The position numbers were made by a program, and so were the translations under genes. Positions 25,043 to 34,262 of a stretch of 64,000 bases of DNA are shown here, piece by piece (the stretch's first letter is position 1; the number at the start of each line of letters is the position of its first letter). Location of the stretch: IMG/VR virus record IMGVR_UViG_3300008117_000028. One strand, 5' to 3'. Source of the DNA: an uncultured virus (IMG/VR IMGVR_UViG_3300008117_000028) (lineage: Duplodnaviria; Heunggongvirae; Uroviricota; Caudoviricetes). Below the pieces are notes generated by a model. The model was not told the origin of the DNA. It was given only the letters and a program-made list of their open reading frames with translations, and did not search any database.

Positions 25043-27445
25043 TTACCCCCTTATTCTCAAAATTGAACTACCTAGAATTACTTGTCCAACTAAAACTGCT
25101 GCTACAAGAACTTCCTTAGCCTTTTGCCTTTCTTGTGGACTCATATCTGCCCCAATATTTGCAAGCGCCTTAAATACTTCACATTGTTGTTCTTCTGTTA
25201 AACCTTCAATTGCTTCATCTGGATTGAAACATCCAGCAATTGCTCCTACTAAAGCTGCTGGGGATTCTAATGTTAATAAAGCTGATGCTACCTCTGCTGT
25301 AATAACTACAGGATTTCCATTTGCATCTTCTCTAACCTCTACTGGAATTTGTGGTGGAAGATCACGATATTCAAGTCCTGCTGCTTCAATATTTGCTGCA
25401 GCTACTGGTTCTCCGTCTGCTGCTGCAATAAGGGCATCTGCAACTATTTCTTTTTCTGCAATTGTTAAAACTCCATCTTCAGATAACGCTTCTGAAAGAT
25501 TATTAACTTCTGATGATGTAATTTCTCCGTCAGACATTAATGCATCTAATACAGCTTCTGCATCTGATGCTGTTAGATTTCCATCTGCTATTAAATCTTC
25601 TACAACTGAAACAATCTCTTCTACAGTTAATGGAGTTTCTTCTTCAGCTGGTTCTTCAGCTGGCTCTTCTATTGGTTCTTCTTCAGTTGGTTCTTCAACA
25701 GGTGGTTCTTCAACAGGTGGTTCTTCAACAGGTGGTTCTTCAACAGGTGGTTCTTCAACAGGTGGTTCTTCAACAGGTGGTTCAACTGGTGTTAGTCCAC
25801 CACTAATTAAGTTAGAACTTTGTATTGCTGGAATTGAAATAACAGTTTCGGTATATTGGCTTACTGGGCCAGACCAGTTAGCAACTCTAATTGTATATGT
25901 AGCACCTTCTGTCAAGCCAGCTAATTGAATTGATTCTGGGGCTCCGTCGGTATTTAATGTTTGTCCTTCATATGGATTTTCTGCATTTGGATCATCTGTA
26001 ATTACTTGATAAAACCAAGTATTTGCTGTATATCCTGTTGGTAATTCTGGGGCAACAGTTACTGTTGTGCCATCGACAACTGGTGTAGATAATATCGGTG
26101 CAGGAGTTGGAATATTATTATTAATAGCAGTTGTAAGTTGAGATGCTTTTGTATTCAAAGAAGTTTGTAAATTTGTTTTTGAATTTGATGCTGAATTAAT
26201 AGCATTAGTCAATGATGATGTATTAATAGAATTTATTGAAGAAGTATTAATGCTATTTTGAGAAACGACTGGGCTTAGACTTTGATTTAATTGTGTAATA
26301 ACAGCATTTGCTGCATCTACTGCTGCTTGAACAGTTGATGTATTTGGATCTACATAAGGAGTAAATGTTGTACCTTGACTTATTTGTCCAGCAAAACCAG
26401 AACCTGTATTTGTATCTTCAATTGGAATAATTGTTCCATTAGTAGTTTCTCTATAATTAAATCTAGCGCCATTTGGAATAGGTCCAGTAGCAGTCACATT
26501 TGCCATCCATGCACCATCATTTGGATTTACATCAGCATTAAATCTAATTTGAACCATTTGTGTAGATGCATCTTGTTGTGGATATGGACGAAGGTCCCAC
26601 GCAATGTCCAATGAAGATCCTGTTGTTGAATATGTAATTCCAGTTCCTGTGCTCCAAGTAGTCCAGTCCCATCCAGCAATAGAAACCGAAGGGGCGTTGG
26701 GTGTTTGATAATATACCCACCCTTCATCTACTCCAAATGTAATTGTTGCATTAGACCCAACATAAACATTATTATATAAAGTTCCACCCATTTGTAAATT
26801 AAATGGAAGATTCATGCGGATACCAGCATCATCTACGCCAGCAAGAACATTTGTGGTTGTTCCAATTGTTGCTTGCAAATTATTTACTGCTGTCTGAGCA
26901 TTATCAATTGCTATATTTGCTTGAGTAAGTTCAGTTTGTGCTGTTGCTTGTGCAGTAGAAGCTTCTGTTTTTGCAGTAGAAACCTGTAATATTTCTGTCT
27001 GTGCAGTAGTTACAGTAATACTATCTATTGCTGTTTGGGCAGTAGTTATAGTTTGTTTTGCATCTTGAACTACTTGAGAACTTTGATCTGTTGGATTTAT
27101 TGTTAAGTCTATATTATTTATTGTTGTAGTTGCAGTATCAACTGCATTTACTGCTATTTGTGCTGTAGATATACTTTGATTGACCTGAGTTACTGCGGAT
27201 TGAGCCTGTGTTAATTCTGTTTGTGCTGTTGCCACTAGTACTGTTGCAGAATCTGTAGCTGCAATAGCTTGTTGAACTTCTGTTGTTGCGGTTGCAATTG
27301 CTGTATTTACCGCTTGTTGAGCTGGGCTTATTACTACCTGTTCTTGATTAATATTTTCTGTTGCATATGCATAACTGGGACCAACAAAAAATAGCCAGCC
27401 AGTTACAAATAGGCCAGCTATAAATAGCTTTAACTTTCTCTTCAA
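25043..27445 (-). CDS. large exported, membrane-anchored protein: coiled-coil, beta domain, FN3-like domain, PPVEE repeats
   Basis: Signal peptide; A/T/Q-rich heptads; GLTEGATYTIRVA; C-terminal hydrophobic anchor; TTG27445 preceded by GGAG. Confidence 0.8.
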   Translation of the reverse strand: MKRKLKLFIAGLFVTGWLFFVGPSYAYATENINQEQVVISPAQQAVNTAIATATTEVQQAIAATDSATVLVATAQTELTQAQSAVTQVNQSISTAQIAVNAVDTATTTINNIDLTINPTDQSSQVVQDAKQTITTAQTAIDSITVTTAQTEILQVSTAKTEASTAQATAQTELTQANIAIDNAQTAVNNLQATIGTTTNVLAGVDDAGIRMNLPFNLQMGGTLYNNVYVGSNATITFGVDEGWVYYQTPNAPSVSIAGWDWTTWSTGTGITYSTTGSSLDIAWDLRPYPQQDASTQMVQIRFNADVNPNDGAWMANVTATGPIPNGARFNYRETTNGTIIPIEDTNTGSGFAGQISQGTTFTPYVDPNTSTVQAAVDAANAVITQLNQSLSPVVSQNSINTSSINSINTSSLTNAINSASNSKTNLQTSLNTKASQLTTAINNNIPTPAPILSTPVVDGTTVTVAPELPTGYTANTWFYQVITDDPNAENPYEGQTLNTDGAPESIQLAGLTEGATYTIRVANWSGPVSQYTETVISIPAIQSSNLISGGLTPVEPPVEEPPVEEPPVEEPPVEEPPVEEPPVEEPTEEEPIEEPAEEPAEEETPLTVEEIVSVVEDLIADGNLTASDAEAVLDALMSDGEITSSEVNNLSEALSEDGVLTIAEKEIVADALIAAADGEPVAAANIEAAGLEYRDLPPQIPVEVREDANGNPVVITAEVASALLTLESPAALVGAIAGCFNPDEAIEGLTEEQQCEVFKALANIGADMSPQERQKAKEVLVAAVLVGQVILGSSILRIRG
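25691..25780. repeat. 15-bp tandem repeat x6 (TTCTTCAACAGGTGG) encoding PPVEE
   Basis: Six perfect head-to-tail copies. Confidence 0.95.
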
Positions 27446-27521
27446 TTGGATCTCCAATGCAACAAAATTTTTGTTACATGGAAATTATAACATGATTTTT
27501 TATTTAATTTATCTTAGTTGT

Positions 27522-28094
27522 CTAAGAGTTTGCAACAATTCCTTTTCTTAAAGAATACATTACTGTTATTCCACATCTTGCAGATTTTGTACTAACTGAA
27601 TGATATATGCCATCTGGCAGAAAGATTACGTCTCCTTCTTCTACTTCAATTTCTGCATCTACCTGTTCGTTATCATCATTATGTTGTTTTTTAAATTGCC
27701 ATATTGATTTTCCTTTTATCTGCCAATGAAATTGATCTGCTGGGTCGTTGTGGAATGATACTTTTTTACTATTGGATATTAAATCTAAAAATGCAGCACC
27801 AGAAGCTCCATTTTTATCCAAAAGATTATTAAAACACTCTAAAACATCATTATATTGTTTATAAAAACTAGAGTCTCTTATTTGTGCATAAAATTGATTT
27901 TTTTGTGTTGCAACACCACCGTTTACTATCCAAGAGTCTGGGAAGTTTAAATCTGGTTTATTAAAGTATTCATATGATAGATGTTCAAATATATCTTCCC
28001 AAGATGGAGTATTTTTAAAAAATCCTTTTAATAAAAAATGTGTTGTATTTTTTTTAGCATCAGACAATTGTTCTTTTATCTCATTTATATTCAT
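27522..28094 (-). CDS. cupin/JmjC-like protein
   Basis: FHNDPADQFHWQIKGKSIW...EEGDVIFLP.GIYHSV. Confidence 0.75.
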   Translation of the reverse strand: MNINEIKEQLSDAKKNTTHFLLKGFFKNTPSWEDIFEHLSYEYFNKPDLNFPDSWIVNGGVATQKNQFYAQIRDSSFYKQYNDVLECFNNLLDKNGASGAAFLDLISNSKKVSFHNDPADQFHWQIKGKSIWQFKKQHNDDNEQVDAEIEVEEGDVIFLPDGIYHSVSTKSARCGITVMYSLRKGIVANS

Positions 28095-28109
28095 AAAATC
28101 CTTAATGTT

Positions 28110-28206
28110 AAAGAGCAGTTTTGAGACGTGCTCAGGTCTATCCAGATATTTAATGTCGCTGTCTCCCCCGACGAATCTGCGACTTCTCAGTGACGAGATG
28201 CAGATT
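28110..28206 (-). ncRNA. putative structured RNA (two hairpins plus 3' H-type pseudoknot)
   Basis: TATAAT at 28215-28210; AATCTGC/GCAGATT with inner TCTC/GAGA; GTCG/CGAC; AGAC/GTCT interlocked with GAGCA/TGCTC. Confidence 0.55.
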
Positions 28207-28218
28207 TCTATTATACTA

Positions 28219-28626
28219 TTATTTTATTTTAATAGTCTTTGGCTTCTTTTCTTCTGGGATAACTCTGTCTACGCTGATTCGCAGCATACCGTTTTCAAAA
28301 TCAGCACCTACAACTTCCATATATTCGCCAAGCGCAAATGATCTTGTGAATTTACGTGTTGCAATACCCTTATGTACAAATTGAGTTTCTGTTTCTTCTT
28401 TGTTTCCTTTTACAATAAGGGTTGAGTTGTCTACTGTTACTTCAATATCTTTTTTATCAAATCCAGCAACAGCAATTTCAACTTGATAAGAATCCTCATC
28501 TAGTTTAATTACATTGTATGGTGGATACGATTGGTTTTCTGAATATACATGGTTTAATCTATTTAATGTGTGATTAAAACCAATAAAAAAAGGGTCATTA
28601 AAAATGGCCCATGGATCTTTCATCAT
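28219..28626 (-). CDS. small heat shock protein (Hsp20/IbpA-like)
   Basis: YPPYNV, EIAVAGF, HKGIATRKFTRSF.L and NGMLRI...PEEKKP motifs; start ATG28626 after AGGAG. Confidence 0.93.
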   Translation of the reverse strand: MMKDPWAIFNDPFFIGFNHTLNRLNHVYSENQSYPPYNVIKLDEDSYQVEIAVAGFDKKDIEVTVDNSTLIVKGNKEETETQFVHKGIATRKFTRSFALGEYMEVVGADFENGMLRISVDRVIPEEKKPKTIKIK

Positions 28627-28692
28627 ATTTTTTCTCCTTTTAAGCAAGTTATATTAGTACCCCCAAATGGCAGGTACTAATATATTATATCA

Positions 28693-28875
28693 TTATTTTG
28701 GATTGTCTGTTTTATAAAATCCAGAACCTTTAAATTGAACTCCTACTGAGCTATAAGATCTAGTCATACCGTATCCACATGAGTTGCATGGAGGAATTAT
28801 TTCTTGATCATCAAATTTTCTATTTATTTCAATAGAAGTGTCGCATGTTATGCATGAGTATTCATATATTGGCAT
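28693..28875 (-). CDS. FmdB-family zinc-ribbon protein
   Basis: MPIYEYSC..C...C..CG...FKGSGFYKTD. Confidence 0.85.
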   Translation of the reverse strand: MPIYEYSCITCDTSIEINRKFDDQEIIPPCNSCGYGMTRSYSSVGVQFKGSGFYKTDNPK

Positions 28876-29282
28876 TACTTTCCACTCTTTTTTCTCTTCT
28901 CAGCCAAGACTGCAAAATCTTTAACCTTAGTTTCTCCCATATATCCCCAGGCATATCCATCTTCAATCATTTGTTCATTAACTGATTGTTTTGATCCATC
29001 TAAATATAGCCATCCAAGAATTCTTCCATATTTTTCTGAAGAATCTGGTTTTTCTGTTTTAATTACAATTTCTTTTGCATCTTTAATTTTATATTTTAAA
29101 TATTCTTTTGACTCTAAACCAAGAGCTTTTTCAAATTTATCTGAAGTCCTTGATTCTGGTGTATCTATGCCAGCCATCCTAACTCTTTGAGAAAAAGAAA
29201 CATTAAACCCAAGATCTATATCTACATCTAAAGTATCGCCGTCTACAACACCAGTTATTTTTTTAACTCTATATTCGTACAT
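28875..29282 (-). CDS. thermonuclease (SNase-like) family protein
   Basis: VVDGDT.DVDIDLGF, RVRMAGIDTPESRT and KYGRILG motifs. Confidence 0.88.
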   Translation of the reverse strand: MYEYRVKKITGVVDGDTLDVDIDLGFNVSFSQRVRMAGIDTPESRTSDKFEKALGLESKEYLKYKIKDAKEIVIKTEKPDSSEKYGRILGWLYLDGSKQSVNEQMIEDGYAWGYMGETKVKDFAVLAEKRKKSGK

Positions 29283-29464
29283 TAAAATATTTTCTTTTTC
29301 TTATCTTCAGACATTTTTTGCTCATTTGCAGTTGCTGCGTACAAAGCTCTTTGATGTGCTAATGCTCTAGATTTGCTTGGATGACATCCTTTTAGTTCAC
29401 CTTTATCATTTACTACTGCAAAACCCTTACAGCCTGCAGCACCTTGTCTAATATTATATGGCAT
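29282..29464 (-). CDS. small hypothetical phage protein
   Basis: MPY...GCH.....A..Q.RALYA; GGAGG RBS. Confidence 0.7.
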   Translation of the reverse strand: MPYNIRQGAAGCKGFAVVNDKGELKGCHPSKSRALAHQRALYAATANEQKMSEDKKKKIF

Positions 29465-29490
29465 ATTGACCTCCTATATGTATTATAGCA

Positions 29491-29787
29491 TTATTCATCA
29501 ATTGGCCTAATACCTTTTTCTTCTATTATTTTATATGCTTCTGGTGTTAAACTTATAGTTGCCTGTAAATTTTCATCATATTCAACTGAAATTAAGTCCT
29601 TATTAAATAAATCTATTAAAGTTTTATCAACATAATTTGTATGCGAATCCCACAATTCTGGAGCAACTTCCTCTGCATATTCTGTTACTTTAAAAATTAA
29701 CTCCCCATCAGGATCTATTCCAGCTATTTCAATTGCTCCTATTTCTAAATAATATTGAAATAAATCGTCTTCCCCTGGCTCTTCCAT
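29491..29787 (-). CDS. acidic hypothetical protein
   Basis: ORF track; AAGGAG RBS. Confidence 0.7.
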   Translation of the reverse strand: MEEPGEDDLFQYYLEIGAIEIAGIDPDGELIFKVTEYAEEVAPELWDSHTNYVDKTLIDLFNKDLISVEYDENLQATISLTPEAYKIIEEKGIRPIDE

Positions 29788-29799
29788 TTTGCTCCTTTG

Positions 29800-29873
29800 T
29801 GCAACAGGTAGGACTTGAACCTACGATTGCCGAATTATGAGTTCGGGGCTTTAACCAACTAAGCTACTGTTGC
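29800..29873 (-). tRNA. tRNA with CAT anticodon (elongator Met or Ile2)
   Basis: Acceptor GCAACAG/CTGTTGC, anticodon arm CCGAA-CTCATAA-TTCGG, GGTTCAAGTCC; lacks initiator features. Confidence 0.92.
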
Positions 29874-29911
29874 TCATAACAATATAATTATATATATAGT
29901 ATATTAATTAG

Positions 29912-30502
29912 TCAATAGCCTAATTCAAAAATTTTACCATTATCATTTTTATTTACACTTAATATTATATTTACCATATCATTTCTTATTTCTTCTGTTA
30001 TGGTTGACGGAGATATTGAAATCATTGCTTGATTTTCTTTTACATGCAAAGATAAAGATTTAACTAAAGCTTGATTGCCAGCTTTTACTGATGAATAATG
30101 TGCGTCTAAAATTGCTTTATTTGCAGCAACTGAGGATATGAAGATAATATGTCCATTTTCATTTAATGATTTTATGCAATTTATAATTAATAAGTTATAA
30201 TTAAATAAATATGAGTCATAAAACAGTTTTAATTCTTTTATATTAATTTTTGTTATATTATCTGATATGGAATTTCCAGATAAAAAAATTATTTTACTAT
30301 AGTAATTTACTGGTAGGTCTCTAATAAAATTTAAAACAGATTCATAATCTTCAAAATCTAAATACTTCCAGTTATATTCTCCATAAATTTTATTTTTTTG
30401 CCTGTAAGTTATTAAATCTATTATAAAATTTTCTTTTTCTAATGATTTTATTATTAATTTAGAAGATCTGGCTGTGCCACCTATGATTAAAACTTTATTC
30501 AT
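29912..30502 (-). CDS. short-chain dehydrogenase/reductase-like protein (degenerate)
   Basis: KVLIIGGT, IIFISSVA and YxxxK (YSSVK). Confidence 0.7.
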   Translation of the reverse strand: MNKVLIIGGTARSSKLIIKSLEKENFIIDLITYRQKNKIYGEYNWKYLDFEDYESVLNFIRDLPVNYYSKIIFLSGNSISDNITKINIKELKLFYDSYLFNYNLLIINCIKSLNENGHIIFISSVAANKAILDAHYSSVKAGNQALVKSLSLHVKENQAMISISPSTITEEIRNDMVNIILSVNKNDNGKIFELGY

Positions 30503-31983
30503 TAAGTTAGTATATCACTTTTATAAATAGATTTCCATAAATTAATATCAGCAATATCATTTAATAAAGGCTGCCCTTTAATATTTAAACTAGTATTTAA
30601 TAATAATGGCACTCCTGTTTCTTGATAAAATTTATTTAATACTCTCCAAAGACCTCTATGCTGATTTCTATTTACTGTTTGTACTCTAGAAGTTCCATCT
30701 ACATGAACCACAGACGGAACTATCTCTGGTTTTTTACATTTTACTGCATATTGCATGTAAGGTGATGTAAATTCCATTTCAAACCATTCTGATGCACATT
30801 CTTCCATTATAACTGGCGCAAATGGTCTAAACATTTCTCTTTGTTTAATTAAATTAACTTTATTTTTTATATCTGGGTCTCTTGGATCGGCTAATATACT
30901 TCTGTTTCCTAATGCTCTAGGTCCATACTCTGCACGTCCGTTTGCAACTGCAACAATTTTATTTTCTTTTAACTCAGAAATTATTTTATCTACTGGATAT
31001 TCTCCTTTAATATTATATCCAAGATAAGGATTGTTCCAATTTAAATGTTTTCCATATAATGCAGCAGCTGCGCCTAAAGATGATCCAGCATCTCCTGGGT
31101 TAGGCATTATCCAAATATCTTTAAATATATCCCATAAAAAAGTATTAGCAGAACAGTTTAAAGCACATCCGCCCATAAAAACTAGTTTATTTTTACCAGT
31201 TATACCTTTTGCATACTTCATAAATTCTAAAAGTCTTAATGTATAAACCTTTTGGACTGCTGCTGCTAAATCAAAATTTCTTTGATCAAACCAAGACTTA
31301 GAGTTATTCTCCCATCCAGCCATACATGGAATACTTCCCCAATTAAAATCATATATTCCTTTATGAAAATTATATTTTTGTTTTGTAATTGATGGAAAAT
31401 AAGAATTTACTTGATCAAAATATCTATCTGGGTTTCCATAGCCAGCCATACCCATAAAAATATATTCCTCTTCATTTGGTTTTAATCCTACTAGTTGTGT
31501 AAAAGCAGAATAGAATAATCCAAAGCTAAATGGATAATTTTGTTTATGTTTTAATTTAACTTTGTCTCCTTCTCCCGTCCATATTGTAGAAGTATTCCAT
31601 TCTCCTATAGAATCCAAAACAACTATAACTGCATCATCGAATTTACTTGTATAATATCCAGCACATGCATGCGAATAATGATGTTTGAAATATTTAACTG
31701 GTACGGTTTTATTAAATATATTTTTAATTTGATATTTTGGAACCCAATTACCATTTCCACCCTTTAATAATAATCTAGAAGCTTTTAATAATGGATTTTC
31801 ATAATATGCTATCTGATCTGGAAAACCGTATTGCAGGGCATCACTAATTAAATCATTATTGATATACCAATCATTTTTTTTCTTGCTATATCTTTCAGCA
31901 TGACCAGCAAATAAGATATTCCCATCTTCAATTAATGATAAAGATGCATCATGCGAAGTTTCATTAATTCCAAGTATTATCAA
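30502..31983 (-). CDS. carbamoyltransferase (NodU/CmcH family)
   Basis: HDAS, ERYSK.KND, HH.SHA, GGCALNC, GDAGSSLGAA, GPRALGNRS, FRPFAP, HVDGTSRVQTV and LNTSLN motifs. Confidence 0.95.
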   Translation of the reverse strand: MIILGINETSHDASLSLIEDGNILFAGHAERYSKKKNDWYINNDLISDALQYGFPDQIAYYENPLLKASRLLLKGGNGNWVPKYQIKNIFNKTVPVKYFKHHYSHACAGYYTSKFDDAVIVVLDSIGEWNTSTIWTGEGDKVKLKHKQNYPFSFGLFYSAFTQLVGLKPNEEEYIFMGMAGYGNPDRYFDQVNSYFPSITKQKYNFHKGIYDFNWGSIPCMAGWENNSKSWFDQRNFDLAAAVQKVYTLRLLEFMKYAKGITGKNKLVFMGGCALNCSANTFLWDIFKDIWIMPNPGDAGSSLGAAAALYGKHLNWNNPYLGYNIKGEYPVDKIISELKENKIVAVANGRAEYGPRALGNRSILADPRDPDIKNKVNLIKQREMFRPFAPVIMEECASEWFEMEFTSPYMQYAVKCKKPEIVPSVVHVDGTSRVQTVNRNQHRGLWRVLNKFYQETGVPLLLNTSLNIKGQPLLNDIADINLWKSIYKSDILT

Positions 31984-32063
31984 TATATATACCTGTCTCT
32001 TTTTTTATTTTTTTTAAATTTTAATTTAAATCTATGTAAATAATATTTAAACTTTAAAATCAT
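31980..32063 (-). CDS. 27-aa Lys-rich peptide MILKFKYYLHRFKLKFKKNKKRDRYIY
   Basis: Hand-translated; its TGA overlaps the TTG start of the carbamoyltransferase. Confidence 0.55.
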   Translation of the reverse strand: MILKFKYYLHRFKLKFKKNKKRDRYIY

Positions 32064-33126
32064 ATCCATACCTATCGTTTAATTGTTTTGCAAAAATATC
32101 TCTTATATGTATATGTCTATGAAAACCTAAATGTGCACTTTCTTTTTCATTTATATAGTAATCTAACGCTACATTGAAATAAATATCTTTAATAAATTCT
32201 CTATGACAACTGTCTATTATGTATATAGGATAATCAGTTAAATTTTTTCTTACCCAATTATTATTTTCTAGATCAATAAAATTTGTAAAATTATTATCAT
32301 TAGAAAGTTTTTTTAAAAGTTCATTTGAATGTAAGTCCCAAGTGCCATATAATAAATTTATATTAGTTTTTTTACAATATGTTTCTAAAATATTTATACT
32401 CTGTGCAGAATACATATGAGCCATTTGTATAGGTATAACTTCTTCTGCCAAAAGTGGTCTTTTAAAATATTTTATTTCATTTTGATTATCAAATATTATA
32501 GAAGAATTTAAGTCATCAATTGATTTATTTGAATAATTTATATTAGTTTTATCATCCATGTTAGTATAGTAAATATCTGTATTTGATTCATAGTGTGTTG
32601 ATATATAATTTTCAAATTTATGGGAGGTAAAAAACATGGGAGAATTAAAAATTTTAATTCTTTCAAAATTTGGCATTAAAAATAAAATATTTTTTGGATT
32701 ATTGTATTTTTTTATGTAAGTAAAAATTTTTTCAACCTGACTATTAATGCTCTCACCAGCCTGTGCTATTGAATTATATGTGTACTTACTATCCTTTAAT
32801 AATAATTCATACCAAATTTTATCTGTTCTTAATCCATCCCCCATAGTATTTGAACATCCAGCTATTAAAAAATCAATATTTTCTTTAAATTCTGGTGATC
32901 TAAATCCATCTTTATTTAAAATAAAATCTATTTCAGGATCTATTTTTTTAAATAAAGAAAATCTATTTTCAATAACTCCATAATCTTTATCAGTATAATT
33001 ATAAAATTCATTATAATATATTTTATCTACAATGCTTGGATAATATTTAAAATATTTATTGTCTAATTTGTTAATTATACAATCATAAAACATTTCTGTA
33101 TAAGTGTTATCCATTATTTTTTCCAA
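32047..33126 (-). CDS. SGNH-hydrolase-like phage protein
   Basis: LNKDGFRS, AGCSNTMGDG and C-terminal HLG...H.H motifs. Confidence 0.6.
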   Translation of the reverse strand: MEKIMDNTYTEMFYDCIINKLDNKYFKYYPSIVDKIYYNEFYNYTDKDYGVIENRFSLFKKIDPEIDFILNKDGFRSPEFKENIDFLIAGCSNTMGDGLRTDKIWYELLLKDSKYTYNSIAQAGESINSQVEKIFTYIKKYNNPKNILFLMPNFERIKIFNSPMFFTSHKFENYISTHYESNTDIYYTNMDDKTNINYSNKSIDDLNSSIIFDNQNEIKYFKRPLLAEEVIPIQMAHMYSAQSINILETYCKKTNINLLYGTWDLHSNELLKKLSNDNNFTNFIDLENNNWVRKNLTDYPIYIIDSCHREFIKDIYFNVALDYYINEKESAHLGFHRHIHIRDIFAKQLNDRYGYDFKV

Positions 33127-33838
33127 TCAAATATTTATCAAATATAAAATCACAATAAAATTTATGAAAAGATGTACCTGGATGTAAATTATCTCTTGCC
33201 CATAATGAATTTAAATCATTATTTGACAATCTATCATACTCAAAAACTTTTTTCATCATATAATCTTTATCATAATCATAAAATGTTTCAAATCTATTTA
33301 ATATATCATGATTATTAATTAATTCATACTTAGAGTTTGCTAATTCTAACCAGGAAGGACCCTTAGTAATTCTTTTTGGTTGTTTTAAATTTATTGATTT
33401 AATCCAAGAAAATGTATATAATTTTATATTATTAGATCTACAATATTGTTCTAAATACAAATAAATTCTATAAATAAAAGAATTTCTATGGTCTTCCTTA
33501 AACAATCCATATCTTTCTTCTCTATTAAATTCAGTTGTTACAAAAAAAACTACATCTGGATTAGAATATAGATAGCAATACTTAAAAAATTGATCTATAG
33601 AATCACTAATTGCTGAGCCAGATGTTCCTAAATTAAAATAACCACTAGTTTTTTCTATTTCCGATATTTTTTTATATACTCTATAACACCATGTTTCTTC
33701 TTTTTCTAAACCGTCTCCTGCAGCAAATGAGTCTCCTATAAACAATATATGTTTACCATCATGATTTTTTTTAAAATCATCACATCTATAATCTATATCA
33801 TTAAATTTATCAGCTAATCTATAATCTAAATGCATCAT
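33107..33838 (-). CDS. SGNH-hydrolase-like phage protein
   Basis: FIGDSFAAGDG, NLG.SG and ARD.LHPG...H motifs. Confidence 0.65.
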   Translation of the reverse strand: MMHLDYRLADKFNDIDYRCDDFKKNHDGKHILFIGDSFAAGDGLEKEETWCYRVYKKISEIEKTSGYFNLGTSGSAISDSIDQFFKYCYLYSNPDVVFFVTTEFNREERYGLFKEDHRNSFIYRIYLYLEQYCRSNNIKLYTFSWIKSINLKQPKRITKGPSWLELANSKYELINNHDILNRFETFYDYDKDYMMKKVFEYDRLSNNDLNSLWARDNLHPGTSFHKFYCDFIFDKYLIGKNNG

Positions 33839-33927
33839 TAGTATAAAAAATTCCTTTTTTTAAAAGCTTTTTTATTTTTTTTAATCCATAGAATAAATTT
33901 AATTTTATTAATAATTTTTTTAATCAT
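33838..33927 (-). CDS. 29-aa Lys-rich peptide MIKKIINKIKFILWIKKNKKAFKKRNFLY
   Basis: Hand-translated; ATGA and TAATG couplings on either side. Confidence 0.55.
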   Translation of the reverse strand: MIKKIINKIKFILWIKKNKKAFKKRNFLY

Positions 33928-34262
33928 ATATTTATTTTATCTCCAACTATCCCAGGTATTTTTATACATATAATTTTGCAATTAGTTATAAATTCTGGGT
34001 CTGCTATTTCGAATGGTTCTAAAATAAATATGTCTCCAGCATTTAATTCTTTATTATGAATAAACATAGTTCCTTCTATTAAAAAATTAATTTCTTTAAT
34101 TTTAGAATGGTAATGATGACCATATTGCTCTCCTGCAATATGCTCTTTATATCCAACCTCAAACTCTTTTGTTTTATAAACTGATGGGTCGAAATCTCCT
34201 ATAAACCAACCCATTTTCATATTTTTAATATTATCTATTATCATAATCCATACTCTGTCCAA
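33924..34262 (-). CDS. cupin-fold protein
   Basis: GWFIGDF.PS, HHYH...EIN, GDIF.LEP.E. Confidence 0.7.
   Translation of the reverse strand: MDRVWIMIIDNIKNMKMGWFIGDFDPSVYKTKEFEVGYKEHIAGEQYGHHYHSKIKEINFLIEGTMFIHNKELNAGDIFILEPFEIADPEFITNCKIICIKIPGIVGDKINI

Noticed and set aside
25691..25780. Possible CRISPR array
   Set aside because: Head-to-tail 15-mers with no spacers, in frame within a CDS.
28110..28206. Resemblance to the ZMP/ZTP riboswitch (GGGGAG, CCUGAGCA)
   Set aside because: The required GGCG/CGCC pseudoknot pairing is absent and the downstream gene is unrelated.
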